Below are positions 36,781-48,194 of a stretch of 64,000 nt of DNA, piece by piece; the first letter of the stretch is position 1, and every line of letters starts with the position of its first letter. Position numbers and translations under genes: made by a program. Under the pieces are notes generated by a model, which saw nothing but the letters and a program-made list of their open reading frames with translations, searched no databases and was not told the origin of the DNA. The stretch lies in the NCBI GenBank assembly GCA_054600435.1, contig BAAIJX010000004.1:744001-808000 (forward strand), read 5' to 3'. The DNA comes from Neophaeotheca triangularis (Eukaryota).

Positions 36781-39700
36781 TTAGACAATACTAGCAGTAA
36801 CGAAACTGCTATCGTCGCTCTGCTGACCCCTAGCCTGATCCTTGTCAACCCCGGACTCTCCCTCCCTCCTCAACCCAATCCCGAACCGGCGCTTGCAAGC
36901 CTTCCAAGCCTCGACCAAAGCGACAAAAAGCACCAGACTGCCGCCGACAAGTCCCCACTCCCAGCTCAACTGATCGTGACGGAAGACCTCACGGTTGATG
37001 ACGGGGATGTAGATGATGGGGAAGGGAGTCAAAAGTCCTGCCATGACAGCCCAGAAGAGGAATCGGTTCTTGGTGACGGTGTGAAAGACGGAGGTGAGAC
37101 CGCGGCCATGGTCTTCGGGATTCATGTTGAAGAGGCTGCGACGGAGGTGTTTGGCTTCCCAGGCCATGACGGAGAGTAGGACGGTGAGGACTGCGTAGGC
37201 GGTGCCACGAGCGCGGTAGGGGAGGTCGCAGGTGCTGTTGTAGGATTCATTGCAGTCGCGACCGAGGTCACCGTTGCCGACGCCGTAAGCGACGATGACG
37301 TAGCTAACGAGGCAGAGACAGCCCATGAAGGTTCCGTAAATCATCTTGTCTACGATGAGTTCGCGAGTGAAGACGCCGGCTTTGAGGGAGTGCGGAGGGC
37401 GTGTCATGACGTCGGCTGACGCTTCTTCCATGCCTAGGCCGATGGCTAGGAAGGAAGAAGTGATCAGATTGGCCCAGAGAATTTCAATGGGCGAGAGGGG
37501 AAAGGACGAGACGTCGTTGCGGTCTTGAAAGGCTAAGCCGATGAGGAGGAGGATGACTTGGGAGATGTTCGAAATGAGAAGATGCAGGAGGAACTAGAAC
37601 AAAGAGTTAGTGAGAGCTGGGTGCTACTGGGATAGGATTATTCTCACCTTCTGGATGTTGTCGAACAAGCGTCTTCCCTCACGAATGGCAGACACAATCG
37701 AAGCAAAGTTATCATCAGTCAAAACCATGTCGGCAGCCTCCTTGCTGACATCGCTACCGTTGAGACCCATGGCGACACCGACATCCGCACCTTTCAATGC
37801 TGGAGAATCGTTGACACCATCACCGGTCATGACACAGTACCTCCCACGACGGTGCAAAGCATGGAGCATGCGCAATTTGGAAGTCGGGCTACAACGAGCT
37901 AGCACTAGTGGCAGCTGGTCCATTGTATCGAGGACATCGTCGGAGAGTTTGTCGAAGTCGATGGCGGTCATAACGGCGGTCTGGCTAGAAGAGCCAGGGA
38001 CGTGGCTGCCAAGAATACCAATCTCTTTGGCAATGGTCATGGCAGTCTTCAAGTGATCGCCAGTAAGCATGTGGACCGTGATGCCAGCAGTCTGACATTG
38101 CTTGATGGCGCTGGCAGACTCAATGCGTGGCGGGTCGTAGAGGCCGACTAATCCGGCGAAGGTGAGATTTTGCTCAACAAAGGCTCGGTTCTGAACAGCC
38201 TCCAAGTCGCTGGAGGGAAGCTCGCGATAACCGAGACACAAAACCCGAAGCCCTTCGGAAGCCATATTGTCGACCTGGGTGAGGATCTTCTGTCTGCGTT
38301 CCTCGGGAATATCGAGCAAAGGGAGCAATGTTTCCGTCGCACCCTTTGTGAAGGAGCAGAGTCTCTTTTCATCGGCAGTGGCGTAGACGACACTCATGCG
38401 TTTGATGGAAGAGTCAAAAGAGTGTTCCGTGACAAGACTCATGCCGGTCGAGGTCATGACTTCCGCCTTGCCGCAGTCGAGACGTTGAGCCATGACATTC
38501 AAGGCGATCTCCGTGGGCTCGCCGGCTGCCGTCCAAACTGAACCAGCCTCATCTTGCTTGGGCGGGCTAACAGTGCTCATGTTGCACATGCCAATGGTGC
38601 GGAAGAAAAGCTTGAGCTCATCGTCGCTCTGTATCACCTTTGAAGTGAGAGTTTCCGCATCGCAGAGAACGTGGCCAGAGGTTGGGTTGAGTGGGCCAGC
38701 CTCGTTCTCGACCCTGAGAGCTCTACCGCTGGGAAGCATCGCCTTTCTGGCGAGCATCTTCCCTTGAGTGAGTGTACCGGTTTTGTCGGAGCAAATGTTG
38801 GTGACACCGCCGATAGCCTCCAAAGCGCCCATCTTCCTGACCACAACATTGCCTTGAGCCATTGCCTTGGAGCCAATTGCCATGGTAATGGTCAAGACGG
38901 CAATGAGAGATTCCGGAATGACCGCCACAGCCACGCAAATACCGTAGATGAGTGTCTCGTCGTCAAGCTCCCAAAGATTGACGGAGAAGACGATGATGGC
39001 CAGGAGGATGGCCAGAGCGAAGAGGAACAGGGCGAACCACGAGAGCTTGACCTGTAGAGGAGTGCCAATGAGGCCGAGAGCGCTCTTAATACCGTGGATT
39101 GCGCGCTTGTAAGCACGGACGTACAATGGCTTGTCGGCATCGGTGCCCTTTTTCTCGCGGAGAAGCATGGCGATTTTGCCGATTTCGGTCTTCATGCCAG
39201 TGGACACGACAATACCGTGAGCACGGCCGCGAGTGACTGTAGTGGAAGAATAGACCATGTTAATGCGGTCGCCCAAAGGGGCTTCCATATTGCTAAGGAC
39301 GGTCTCCGAGTCTTTGGTGCAGGCTTTGGACTCGCCAGTTAGGAGAGCCTCGTCGGTAGCCAGATTGAGAGATGTAGCGAGACGCACATCAGCGGGGACA
39401 ATGTCTCCCACGGACAGCTGAACGACATCGCCAGGCACGAGGTCTTCAGCCTTGACGGTGTTGAGCGTTCCATTGTCCCGCAAAACCCTACAGGTAGGCG
39501 CGGCCATGGCGAGCAGCGACTGGATCGTCTGCTCAGCACGATAGTCCTGGAAGAAGCCGACGACGATGTTCAAGATGATGACAGCCGAGATGACACCGCC
39601 TTCGATGAAATCGAGCGTGGCAAAACTGATGGCCATGGCGATGGCGAGGACCAGGGTCAGACTGTTGGAGACTTGGCGGATGAGGATTCGCCACCAGGTC

Positions 39701-40172
39701 ACGGAGCCAGAAGACTCCAACTTGTTCCAGCCGTAAATGTCATGACGCTTTGTCGCTTCATGCGCTGGCAGACCGTTTCTGTGAAGGGAGCACTGTTAGA
39801 GATGAGGATGAAGATGATTGGGAAATAGTTGATTTCGACTTACACTGCATCGGTCTCGAGAGCATTTGCCACTTGGGCAAGAGGAAGCACGTGAGCACTT
39901 TCATCGATGCTTCGGCCTGGGGTTGTAGTGATGTCGCTGCCAACGGTACCGTCAACACTATGGATGTTTTGTAGATTTGTTTCCTTGATGAAGCGAGACT
40001 CGCCCACCGACTGCTGTTTTTCAGTCAGGTGCTTGGGCGAGCTCGCGCTCGGTATAGGTGGTTCATCGACAGCGCTGGCGTCGTCGGCTGCGGCGATGGG
40101 ACCGCTTGGGGTATTGCCCGAATCGCGGCCATTGGGGGCGATGGTGTCGGCGCGCAAGGAGGGTTCTTCCAT
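36781..40172 (-). CDS. ENA: ENA-type Na+/K+ efflux P-type ATPase (P2D)
   Basis: Three exons. TDEALLTGES, AVIPESL, phosphorylation motif CSDKTGTLT, KGATE, MLTGD, MTGDGVNDSP. Confidence 0.92.
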
Positions 40173-40449
40173 AAATTGGTGTTGGTTTGAGGCTTGAGTC
40201 CTCTGTGGGGGGGGGCGGAGGGGTGGTGAGGGTAGTTGGAAGGAGGTGGTGAGAGAGAGTCGACTAAATGAAAGAGGGTGAAGTTGTGGGTGATTGAATG
40301 TTGTTGTTGGTGGTGGTGGTGTCAGTGCTGGAGTTACAAGAGTACCTGCTTTGATGTGAAAGAGGTCAAAGAAGAAAAAGGTCAAAGAGAAGGATGGAGT
40401 TGGTGGAACAAGGTGGAAAGGTGGAAAGGTAGCTGAGGCAGCAGCAAGT

Positions 40450-41748
40450 GAGGCGCAGCAAGGTGTGCGTCGCGTTCAGCAGCACGTGTTGTCCTTGGAC
40501 TCGTCACTGTTGTATGTGCCTAGCATTTGCTAGTATCTTGGAACTCTTGGAAGTCCCAGCTTGGCCTTTTCTTCAGTAACATCCCGAGTCTTGTTGGACC
40601 AACCTAAGTGCTAAGTGCTCAGGGCAAAGGCGGGGATGGGAATGCGGGGGAGGGAAGGGGAGACTGTCATTACTACCTACTGTCATTACTACCTCCCTCA
40701 CCTACCTGACCTGTATCCTCATCTTCCCAGCAAGGAGGCCCTAGGTTGTGGAACTAAGGTACAGTCCCTTTACCAGCCACAGCGATAGAGATACCTCGCA
40801 AGGCGTGTAAGGCGTGTAAGGCGTGCAAGCCATCTTCGCGTTACACGACAAAAACAAACGCGCCACAGCAAGGGCCTTGGAAGAGCTCTTCCCCGCCATG
40901 GCGTAGAATGATTGCTAGGTTAGGTACCTACCTACCTACCTACCTACCTACCTACCCATCTAGGTATACAGAGTTACCCCGGGTACCTACCGTACATAGC
41001 TATGTAAGCTGCAAACACAAACACCCACCACAGCAAACTAAAAGTCCGAGAACAAAGAAAACAACACAGCCGCTTGCATCACAAACCGTCGCGTCATAAC
41101 CAGTAGATATGATAAGGTAGATAGAGACAACACGGACCCCCCCTTCCAATCGGCTGAGAACCAAAGAGGAAAGGAGAAGGCGAAGTCCTCTACCTTACGA
41201 TACCCAAGGAAAGCAGGCGGTGATGTTGATCTCTCTACCGTCTCGCCTCCACGCGGGGCAAAAAAGACAACTCCACCTCACTAAGGATAATTAAGTTCTT
41301 AAAGAGATCGGGAGGCGAAGCTCGCGGCTTGGCCACTAGGGCCCCCACTTGCCTAGTCCGCTGCCAAGATGGATGATGGGTTAGGATGGAAAGCTAAGGT
41401 ACCTACCTAGCAATTGTCATTTGTTCCTAGGGGAACAAACAGACTCTCTGCCTGGGTAGGTTATCTAAATTACTGTCGTCGTCGAGTCGTTACGTTTTAA
41501 CGAACAACACATTATGATTCGCGGTGGCGGTTTTAGAACGAAGGTTCGCAGGTGAGACGGGTAGGGAGTGAAAAGAGGGATAGAGGGACGTTAGGATACA
41601 GTATGTCGGCTGCTTTGTTAAAAACGATGCACGAAGGAGCTACTCTGCGTCACCTTACCGGTAATCGTGGTAGGAGGTCAAGAACAATTGACTCAATGTA
41701 AGTAATAATGGTAAAAAGGGGGGGTATATATGTAGGAAAACAGCCAAG
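40450..41748. promoter_or_regulatory. Candidate Crz1 and PacC sites upstream of ENA
   Basis: GAGGCGCA at 40450-40457 fits GNGGC(G/T)CA. GCCAAG on either strand at 40560, 41328, 41363 and 41743. Confidence 0.45.
40925..40956 (+). repeat. (TACC)8 microsatellite
   Basis: Read directly; a similar tract occurs near 48040-48080. Confidence 0.9.
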
Positions 41749-41792
41749 ATGCAGCGAAATCAATAAACTTCCACCCCATCATTGACAACTCC

Positions 41793-44700
41793 TTATTCCG
41801 CCCTCACACCTAGCCAACCCTTCCAATCCGTTCCCCCATCCTCCCTCCTCCCAACTAAACCCCCAAGCACCTCTCCATTACCATCCCCAACCTCATCCTC
41901 AACCTCTACCCCACCAACCCCAACCCCATCCCCCTCCCTCCAAACCCCCCAACTCCCCAACCCGGCCAAATGCCTCATGGTCGGCCGTCCATGCGGACAA
42001 TTCCAAGGCTTCTCCATCCCCCCCATATTCCCCACAACTTTCCGCATCTGCCCCAGCGTCAATGTCCTGCCGACCATGACGCTAGATCTGCAAGCGCGCA
42101 TGGCGAGCAGACGCTGGACTTTGCGGGGACGGGGGATATTCGTGTCAGTGATTGTGGTGGGGGAAGGTGTTTCCGAGAGGAGGTGAAGCAGTTCTTCAAG
42201 GTCGGAGAGATCGAAAGTTTTTTCTTTGGACATTGGGAGGGTGAGAAGATGGTGTTGGGGGCGTGATTCGGATTCGCACTCAGGGGTGGTGGCGATTTCG
42301 AAACCGTTGGCTTTGAGGGCTGAGGCGTTGTTGGCGATGATTTCCTCCTCGATGGCTGTTAGGTCTAGGAGTTTGGGACGGGCGAGTCGTTGGCTTTGTA
42401 GTGTTACGGTGCGTTGAAGGCGTTCGTAGTTGTATTTTTCGTCGGCCGCGTGCTGATCTATGATGAAGAGTTCGTCGTCTTCGCTGTCGTTGCGGGCGGG
42501 GCGGATGGCCAGGATGAAGCCTAGGTTGAATTGGCCGACTATGGTCATGCGGGCGAAGTCTTCCTTGGCTACCGTGAGGGAGAGGCGGGTTTCGGCGTTG
42601 GTGTCGTCGATTTCGTCTTTGATGGTAGCGTTGTTGCACGCATCTTCTGCCTGCGCGTCGGAGATGCTATCTCGCAAAGAAGCTGTCAAGGCTGTAGCTT
42701 GCTGTTCAATCTTCTGGATCGATGTCCTTAGAGTGTTGGATAGGTTAAGCGTTGATTCCTTCCTACCGTTACCGTTCTTCAGCATCTGTGAAGCCAGCTT
42801 CAGATTCTGGTCCGTAGGCCGAGCAGCGGCATCTTCTGCTTCTTGAATCAATCTAGCGACCTTCTCATCTTCACGCAACCTCTTCTCATCTTCATCAACG
42901 TAATTTTCGTCGGACTCATCATCCGCGCCCTCTGCCAGTAGCGCATCATCATCGACTTCGTCGCCCGCCACCGCTTTGCCATTTTCATCCTCCGTTGCAT
43001 CAGCAGTGTTTTCACTATCCTTCGACTCCCCATCTGCATTTGATCCATCTTCGCCATCCTCCATGGCCACATCTCCACCGTCCTCTTCGTCCCCTTGTCC
43101 TTCCACTTCCGACTCCTCCTCTTCCTCCTCGCCGCCAGACTCCGCCACCTCCCCGTCCAACCGCCCCCTCCCCCTAGACCCCGGCGTGCCCTCAGACTCA
43201 ACCTGCGACCCCGGCGCAGCAAAACCCCTCAACCCACTCGTCAACAACGGACTACTCCCGAACCGCCCAATAGCCTGTGAATTGACCGGCTCATGTATCC
43301 TACGTTTCTTGAAAGAGCTGGAGCCACCTAGGACAGTGGAAGTCGTCTTATCGCCAATAGTGATTTCCGCAGTTTGCAAGGGAGTGCGTTTTGGGCGCAT
43401 GCGGTCGAAGGCGTTTTGGATCGTGCCGGGTGGGAGTTTTTGAGAAGAGGGGGTGGTGGAAGGGATGGTGGAATCTTGGTCTTCGGCTTTTTCGTTCTCT
43501 TCGTCCTCTTCGTTCCCTGGTTGTTCGGTGGCTGGATTTAAATGGTTTGGCTCAACTCGATTATCTACCTCGCCGCCCATGGAGTCTGGGGATTCCGCCC
43601 CATCGTCTATTCGAGGTGTCTGTACTGCCGGGTTCGCAAGGGGGGGACGCTGCGAGAAGAGGTCGTCGTATGGCGAACTCAGTGGGTCGGGCTCTTGAAG
43701 GGCAGTGATACGATTGCCGGAGGAACTGGAAGCAAGTGTCTGTTTGTTGATGCTCGGCACAGACAATAGGACATCAACATTGCTGGTCTGTCCGCCGGGT
43801 GTTTCATTATCGCCCTGTTCAGGCAAGTCTTCGTTGGCTGCTGAACGATTATCAATCTCTTTCCGGAGCTTATCGTCGTTACCACCTTGGTCGACATCGC
43901 CAGCCTTACGCTTGGGTGGTCGTGGGATCTTTCTATCTTCCGTGTCTCTCCCGAACCAACTATGAATAAGGTTCCCAGGCGTGCCGCTCGGCCGTCGGGT
44001 GGACCGTGACGCAGCTATGCCCTCCTCATCTCCATCTCCCCCGTCTTCTCCTTCCTCATCCTGCTCCTCATCCTCTTCTTCTTCCACCACCTCAGCCGTT
44101 TCCCGTCGACTCACCATAGGCGGTTTAAAAGAAGGCAACTTCCTACTCGGCAATTGCGACAGAGGCACAGTGTGCGCCTGGTCCTCGAAAAGCTCCGTAA
44201 GCGCCAGCTTCAAACTCTCCAACAACGCACCCTGATCATGCAACATGATTGTCCTCTTATCGGGACTGACATTGACGTCGTACGCATTCGTGTCCATGAC
44301 CAGATTGGCAAAAACAAAAGGCGACTGTGACACATTGAACGACTTATAAATCTCGTTGAAAGCTTTTGCCACTTGTGGGAGACCGCAAGGTCGGGAATTG
44401 ACGAAGAACATTTGACGATCAGGCGCTTGACGGCCTTCGCCGAAGACGGGGCGGGAGATGTGGCCTTGGACGTGGACGTCGCGGGAGCGGTTAGCGGCCT
44501 GCGTGGACCAGGAGCGGGCAGATTGGGTGGAGGCTTGGTTGGGGGACATTTCGAGGTGGAGGTCGAGTTTGACGAGCGCGAGGAGGGTTTTGGCGCCGAA
44601 GACGTTGGTGATGTTTTCTTTGGTTGTGGTGTTTGACTTTGTTGAGAATATGGGGACTTTCTTGCCGCCTTTTGGCATCTGGTTGCTGATGGAGAGGCGG

Positions 44701-45263
44701 ACGTTGGTAGAGATGCACGCATAGGCCTGGAGAAGACTGAGGACCTTGCTGTATTCGCGTTTGATGTTCTTTTCGAGCTCTTTACGACGGACAGGGAGGG
44801 TGCAGAAGAGGTTCTCCACTGTTACAGTCGTGCCTCGTTGAGCGGCGACGATGGAAGTGCCTCTTAGCTTGCCAGAAGACTCAAATTCTAGTTTTTTCCC
44901 CCTTGCGCCGTCATCGGCTCGGGCGGTAGTAATGAAGAACTTCGACAAAGCGCATAGTGAGGAGAGAGCCTCGCCACGGAAGCCGAACGTGTCCAAACCG
45001 GTGAGGTCTTCATAGCTGGAAAGCTTCGACGTGTGATGCTTCAAAGCGACAGTCTCGTAGTCATCTGGAGAGATACCCTTGCCATTGTCTTGAACTTCGA
45101 TCGAATCCAGGCCGTGGTTCTTGAACCGCACTTCAATCGACGACGCTCCAGCATCGAGACTGTTCTCGACAAGTTCCTTGACGACCGAGTTGAGGTCGAC
45201 AATGACTTGGCCTGACTGGATTTGATGGACTGATTGGCCTTCGATTGGCTTGATCGTGGCCAT
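41793..45263 (-). CDS. PMS1: DNA mismatch repair endonuclease, MutL-alpha subunit
   Basis: 1156-aa ORF. KELVENSLDAGA, DNGKG, GFRGEAL, endonuclease motif DQHAADEKYNYE, ACR, CPHGRP. Confidence 0.96.
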   Translation of the reverse strand: MATIKPIEGQSVHQIQSGQVIVDLNSVVKELVENSLDAGASSIEVRFKNHGLDSIEVQDNGKGISPDDYETVALKHHTSKLSSYEDLTGLDTFGFRGEALSSLCALSKFFITTARADDGARGKKLEFESSGKLRGTSIVAAQRGTTVTVENLFCTLPVRRKELEKNIKREYSKVLSLLQAYACISTNVRLSISNQMPKGGKKVPIFSTKSNTTTKENITNVFGAKTLLALVKLDLHLEMSPNQASTQSARSWSTQAANRSRDVHVQGHISRPVFGEGRQAPDRQMFFVNSRPCGLPQVAKAFNEIYKSFNVSQSPFVFANLVMDTNAYDVNVSPDKRTIMLHDQGALLESLKLALTELFEDQAHTVPLSQLPSRKLPSFKPPMVSRRETAEVVEEEEDEEQDEEGEDGGDGDEEGIAASRSTRRPSGTPGNLIHSWFGRDTEDRKIPRPPKRKAGDVDQGGNDDKLRKEIDNRSAANEDLPEQGDNETPGGQTSNVDVLLSVPSINKQTLASSSSGNRITALQEPDPLSSPYDDLFSQRPPLANPAVQTPRIDDGAESPDSMGGEVDNRVEPNHLNPATEQPGNEEDEENEKAEDQDSTIPSTTPSSQKLPPGTIQNAFDRMRPKRTPLQTAEITIGDKTTSTVLGGSSSFKKRRIHEPVNSQAIGRFGSSPLLTSGLRGFAAPGSQVESEGTPGSRGRGRLDGEVAESGGEEEEEESEVEGQGDEEDGGDVAMEDGEDGSNADGESKDSENTADATEDENGKAVAGDEVDDDALLAEGADDESDENYVDEDEKRLREDEKVARLIQEAEDAAARPTDQNLKLASQMLKNGNGRKESTLNLSNTLRTSIQKIEQQATALTASLRDSISDAQAEDACNNATIKDEIDDTNAETRLSLTVAKEDFARMTIVGQFNLGFILAIRPARNDSEDDELFIIDQHAADEKYNYERLQRTVTLQSQRLARPKLLDLTAIEEEIIANNASALKANGFEIATTPECESESRPQHHLLTLPMSKEKTFDLSDLEELLHLLSETPSPTTITDTNIPRPRKVQRLLAMRACRSSVMVGRTLTLGQMRKVVGNMGGMEKPWNCPHGRPTMRHLAGLGSWGVWREGDGVGVGGVEVEDEVGDGNGEVLGGLVGRREDGGTDWKGWLGVRAE

Positions 45264-45370
45264 TTCATTAAATAATTTCAGCCCATACCTTGTCTGATTG
45301 TCACGAAAGAGGTGAGGTCGAAGTCTACCTAACTTGCCTAGATCGCCAGCAATAGTCGCGTAAAGTGGAA

Positions 45371-45376
45371 ACGCGT
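45371..45376. promoter_or_regulatory. MCB-like element (ACGCGT) in the PMS1/rhodanese divergent promoter
   Basis: Exact MluI box about 110 bp upstream of the PMS1 ATG, with additional CGCG and CACGAAA nearby. Confidence 0.45.
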
Positions 45377-45530
45377 GAGCACGTGCAAGCTGACATCACC
45401 TTTTCCTGGGATATCTACATGGACGTCCAGGCCCCATCAGGTATACAACTCAAATAGCATCTTCAACTACCTACTACCCAAGGCACTCAAGCGGAACAAC
45501 AACCAACCCACTCCACTCTCGAACCCCACC

Positions 45531-46070
45531 ATGGCATCAACAAAAACAACAGCCATCCGGCTCCTCACCACAGCCCTCCGACACCAAACCCGCACCCCCC
45601 TCTCCACGACCTTCCGACAACAAACCCCCACCCTCCTCCACCCAACCCAACACCACCAACCCCTCCCCACCCACTCCTTCACCCGCTACCACTCCACCCC
45701 AGCCGGCACCACCACCCCCAAAGTCCTCGACTTCCAAACCATCCGCACCCTCTCCTCTTCCCCCTCAACGGACAAAATCCTCATCGACGTCCGCGAACCC
45801 CACGAGTTCTCCGCCGGCCACATCCCCACCGCCATCAACGTGCCGATCAAATCGCAACCGGAAGCGCTGTTTTTGCCCGAAGAGGAGTTTGAGGACCGTT
45901 TTGGGTTTGCGAAACCCGGCAAGGATGTGGAGGTGGTTTTTTATTGTAAGAGTGGGGTTAGGAGTTCGGCGGCGGCCCAGTTGGCGGTGCAGGGTGGCTG
46001 GGAGGGGGTCAGTGAGTATCGGGGTAGTTGGAATGATTGGGTTGGAAATGGGGGAGAGGTGGGGAGGTAG
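45531..46070 (+). CDS. Mitochondrial single-domain rhodanese (Rdl2-like thiosulfate sulfurtransferase)
   Basis: Presequence-like N-terminus; LIDVREPHEF..GHIPTAINVP, active loop FYCKSGVRS, YRGSWNDW. Confidence 0.88.
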   Translation: MASTKTTAIRLLTTALRHQTRTPLSTTFRQQTPTLLHPTQHHQPLPTHSFTRYHSTPAGTTTPKVLDFQTIRTLSSSPSTDKILIDVREPHEFSAGHIPTAINVPIKSQPEALFLPEEEFEDRFGFAKPGKDVEVVFYCKSGVRSSAAAQLAVQGGWEGVSEYRGSWNDWVGNGGEVGR

Positions 46071-46310
46071 AGGCAGGGGGCAGATGGGTCTAGGTGGTAG
46101 GTGGGTTTAGGATGTGAACGGGATAAAGTGTGTAAGGCAGAGCTGGGTGATTTGTCGTGTGTATAGCTGGGTATCTTTGTACATGATGTATGAGAATGAC
46201 GAGCAGGTTGGTGGCGATGCTGGCTATTCCTTGTGGGGATCTGGCCGTACTGCTATACCTAGGTACGGTAATTTGACACGAAGTGCACATCCAGTGCACA
46301 TGTTTCGTCT

Positions 46311-47584
46311 TTACCTCCTGCCTCTCCCTCTTTTCTTTCCCCTCGTACCACCCGCACCACCCCTCCCAGTCCCAGCCACTGCACCACCCCGGCCAGCTCT
46401 CCCACTCCGACTAGCCCTCGGCGCTGGTGTACTATTAGCTTCGCTCTCATCCTGATCTCCACTGCCACTCTCCTCTCCTTCCTCCCCGCTCCGGTCGCCA
46501 GAAGCCTCACCACTCTCAGATTCCTGCTCAGGCGTCTCCGTATCCGCCACACTCGCCGAGCCCGCCTGTCTAGCCGATCGCCTCGTGACACCCGTATTAC
46601 CACCGCCTCTTCCCCTCCCACTCGCAGCGGGCGTCGTCTTCGCCTTCTCCTTCCCCTTCTCTTCCTTCTCCGCCCCTTTCCCCCTTTTAGCCACAGTCTT
46701 CCCTCTCTTCCCTTTAACCTCTTCGACCTCCTCCTCCTCCTCTTCTTCTTCTTCTTCCTCCTCCTCCTCCTCTCCATCACTCTCTTCACTCCCCTCCCTT
46801 CCACTCGTAGCCTCAAAAGCCACGGGCGCAACCTCCATAAAATTCAGGGCCTGTAACTCAGCATTCCCAACCGGGCTCTCCGCCTTCCGCTCCTTCTTAC
46901 CCACCAACCTCCTCTCCCACTTTCGCTGAGCCCAGTCCGTAGCCTCGTCATCAAGAAACGAGTCCAAAAGGTGTTCGTAATCGGTGTTGGAAATTTTATT
47001 AGCCGCGAGGCTGTATACGTCAGCATCATCGTCGTCGTCCCCATCTTCGTCGCCTTCCTCGTCGTCTTTGCCATTTTGGTGTCGGGAGCGATGGTCATCT
47101 GTGTCGGTGTCATCGTCTGGTTGGTATTCTGGCGTTGAGTCCAGCTGCCGTGCGTCTTCGCGCTGGTCGAGCGCTTCCAGGTCGTAGAGGGTTTGTAGTT
47201 TGCGCCAGAGACCAGGGATGCGGGTGTGGTCGGCTTTGGGATCGATGGCGTGGGTGGCGACGAGGTGCTCGCGCAGCTGCAGCATGCGGAAGTGTTTGTG
47301 GATGCCTGGGCAGCGTGGTTGGTTAGGATTGGGTTGCCTTGGCTATGTAGGAGAATCGAGTGTGGTGCGGGCTTACCTGAGGGTTTCCATCGTATCAATC
47401 CTTTGAAGAGGCCTATTTCTTCTTCGTCGGTCCAGGGATCGGAAAGGAGGTTGTCAGCGGTGGGAGAGGGTTTATTTGTTACGAGAGGTGCGGTCTCGGG
47501 CACGGGGGTGGGTGTTTTTGGTTGGGGGCCGGTTGCTGTTGGCGAGGTGGCTTGCGAGACGCGTTGGCGCTTTCGGGGCGGCAT
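46311..47584 (-). CDS. EAF7: NuA4 histone acetyltransferase complex subunit (CT20/MRGBP family)
   Basis: Two exons. WTDEEEIGLFKGLIRWKPSG-IHKHFRM...HTRIPGLWRKLQTLYDLEALD, followed by an acidic and RG-rich tail. Confidence 0.88.
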
Positions 47585-48194
47585 GGTGAAAGTGGAGTCG
47601 ACCGAGGGTGTTACGTCCTAGGAGAGTCAGATCGCTGTCGATGCTGGATGCGGTAGAGAAGGGAGGGTCAGCCGCGGTTCCGTTTTGAAATTGGATGCGC
47701 GATGACGGAGGAGGAGGAGGAGGGAGGCCATTGACTTTTCCAATGATAGCTTCCAAGGCAAGGTTCGGATGCATGTGAAAGTTGTACAGAAAGTGGCTCG
47801 AGCTTGGACGCGCCGGGTAAAGATCAGCTGGACCTGACCTGAGCCAGCCAGTTTTCAAGGCAGGAAGGCAGGAAGCATTGAATAATAGTAGATACAGGTA
47901 CCTAATTACTTATACCTACATTACATAGGCAGTGTCTCAGCTGGTAAGGTACCTGGGTGTTGACTTGCCCACATACCACACATACTGTCACCTACCTTAG
48001 GTACCTTTTACCTTGCCTCATCTTACCTACCTTCACACCTACCTACCTCGCTACCTACCTACCTACCTACCTACCTACCTATACCCCTCTCTTACTGCTG
48101 GCTGTACTGACTGGCCTCTGGCCTACGCCCTACCTTAGCCTTCGTTTATTATCTACTTATTATACAGCTCCCTAGTAGTGACAACCCCCCCGCA

